Assembly (NCBI GenBank): GCA_021827485.1
Contig: JAKAVM010000106.1
Coordinates: 45,277-109,276 of the forward strand
From: Actinomycetes bacterium
Lineage (GTDB): Bacteria; Actinomycetota; Acidimicrobiia; Acidimicrobiales; JAKAVM01
Direction of reading: 5' to 3'
Length of the DNA: 64,000 nucleotides
The translations under genes were made by a program, and so were the position numbers. The notes under the pieces were generated by a model that worked only from the letters and a program-made list of their open reading frames with translations, had not been told where the DNA came from and made no database searches. This document shows positions 62,854 through 64,000 of the stretch, one piece after another. Position 1 is the stretch's first letter. Every line of letters begins with the position of its first letter.

Positions 62854-64000
62854 ATGCACGATATAAATGTAGAAATTGGCTACAGTGGCATACTCATTGC
62901 TTTCTTATTCTCGCTTTTCGGAATCGTTGTCTTAGCACGAAGCATCTATCACCAGGTCAAGACGAGCAATTCATCAGGCCAAGTTTCCTTGGAAAATCGA
63001 TCCTTGCCTGTGATTTATGCTGTTGGGGTGCTCGCTGGTGCTCTGGTAGCTACTGGAGCTCTTGAGCATGGTCTGATAACTCACGATTTTTCTCTTGTAT
63101 ATGTTGAACAAAATAATTCGTTACAGACCCCACTCCTTTATACAATAACGGGTATGTGGTCCTCACTGTCAGGGTCCATATTACTCTGGGGTTTAGTGCT
63201 GGCTATCTATATTGCATGCGCCAGCTGGTATTTATCGAGGCGCAATAACACACTAGTTGCTGCTTGGGTGATCTTGGTGGGGTTGGTGGTATCACTGTTT
63301 TTCTTTGGTCTCATGCTTGGCCCGTCTAACCCATTTCTGACGCTAACCCATCCGCCGGTCAATGGGCTCGGTCCCAATCCGCTACTCCAGGACTATCCTC
63401 TAGTTGCTTTTCACCCGCCACTTCTCTACGCGGGTTTGGTGGGCTTTACTATCCCTTTTGGATTTGCTATTGCCGGACTCGCCACAGGTGACATTGGAGT
63501 TGAGTGGTCGAGGGATGTTCGCCGGTGGACACTAGTTGCCTGGGGGTGTCTTGGGACTGGAATACTGCTTGGGGCTTGGTGGTCCTATCAAGTGCTGGGT
63601 TGGGGTGGGTTCTGGGGATGGGATCCAGTTGAAAATGCGGCATTCGTCCCCTGGCTCGTTGCAACTGCATTTCTTCACTCGGTGATCGCGCATAATCGTC
63701 GTGGGATATATAAAATGTGGAATGTATCGCTTATATGTTCAACATTTGCACTCACAATTCTCTGTACCTTCCTGACGCGCTCAGGTGTTCTTGAGTCAGT
63801 ACATGCCTTTTCCAACTCTGACATTGGTCCTTATCTAATAGCCTTTTTTGGTCTAAGTGTCGTTACGAGTGTTGTTTTGATTGTATGGAGAACAGATCGG
63901 CTTCGATCTCCATCTCAGATTGATGCGCCACTTTCTCGCGAAGGTTTATTTCTTGCTAATAACTTTGCATTTGGCGCTTTGGGGCTGGTGATCTTGTTAG
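62854..64000 (+). CDS. ccmF: Cytochrome c-type biogenesis protein CcmF (3' end outside window)
   Basis: Frame is open from the ATG at 62854 to the window edge. WGGFWGWDPVENAAFVPWL (WWD motif) is in frame at 63601. Not in the ORF track because no stop is reached. Confidence 0.9.
   Translation, partial: MHDINVEIGYSGILIAFLFSLFGIVVLARSIYHQVKTSNSSGQVSLENRSLPVIYAVGVLAGALVATGALEHGLITHDFSLVYVEQNNSLQTPLLYTITGMWSSLSGSILLWGLVLAIYIACASWYLSRRNNTLVAAWVILVGLVVSLFFFGLMLGPSNPFLTLTHPPVNGLGPNPLLQDYPLVAFHPPLLYAGLVGFTIPFGFAIAGLATGDIGVEWSRDVRRWTLVAWGCLGTGILLGAWWSYQVLGWGGFWGWDPVENAAFVPWLVATAFLHSVIAHNRRGIYKMWNVSLICSTFALTILCTFLTRSGVLESVHAFSNSDIGPYLIAFFGLSVVTSVVLIVWRTDRLRSPSQIDAPLSREGLFLANNFAFGALGLVILL

Noticed and set aside
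63467-63670. 67-aa minus-strand ORF near the right edge
   Set aside because: It lies antisense to the in-frame CcmF WWD motif region.

Overview
64-kb gene-dense chromosomal window with moderate GC (by eye mid-40s %, not computed). No rRNA, CRISPR array, transposase or integrase was found. The argS-lysA adjacency, a cysI..D-N-type sulfate cluster and ctaA/ctaG suggest an actinobacterium-like Gram-positive, but this is inference only.

Left to right:
- An MCP 3' fragment.
- A six-gene minus-strand operon: cupredoxin-like lipoprotein, Tat-exported 4x[4Fe-4S] protein, NrfD-type quinone-interacting membrane subunit and three membrane/secreted unknowns. It has no catalytic subunit and sits divergent from a NarL/LuxR-type two-component system.
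- An APC permease.
- A 13.4-kb, ten-gene, translationally coupled minus-strand operon (9527-22948). This is the best candidate for an undescribed system. It encodes a signal-less (cytoplasmic) type-II DMSO-reductase-family molybdoenzyme: alpha1, EB_dh-like gamma, NarH/EbdB-like beta and a TorD/NarJ-like chaperone. These are followed by a second alpha paralogue, a nitroreductase/SagB-like protein, two paralogous 4-TM proteins, a truncated degenerate ANL (adenylate-forming) homologue and an anSME-like radical-SAM/SPASM enzyme with a SEC-C tail.
- ctaA.
- A catabolic block: two translationally coupled pairs of CrtI-like flavoproteins split by a MerR regulator, then an aldehyde dehydrogenase, a heteromeric-type acyl-CoA dehydrogenase pair and a crotonase.
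- ctaG, an RHH/PIN toxin-antitoxin pair and tRNA-Arg(CCG).
- A sulfate-assimilation cluster: siroheme sulfite reductase, an FrhB/FpoF-like flavo-FeS protein, cysD with a 132-aa N-terminal extension, cysN and siroheme synthesis.
- A Liv-type ABC importer, argS-lysA, a crotonase and gmd.
- A GC-rich hicAB islet.
- ccdA plus a System I ccmABC(D)EF cluster that runs off the right edge.

A recurrent feature is short tandem duplications (14, 16, 21, 35, 41, 49 and 54 bp). They sit on gene junctions or in divergent promoters, and several copy a stop codon, a Shine-Dalgarno sequence or a start codon.
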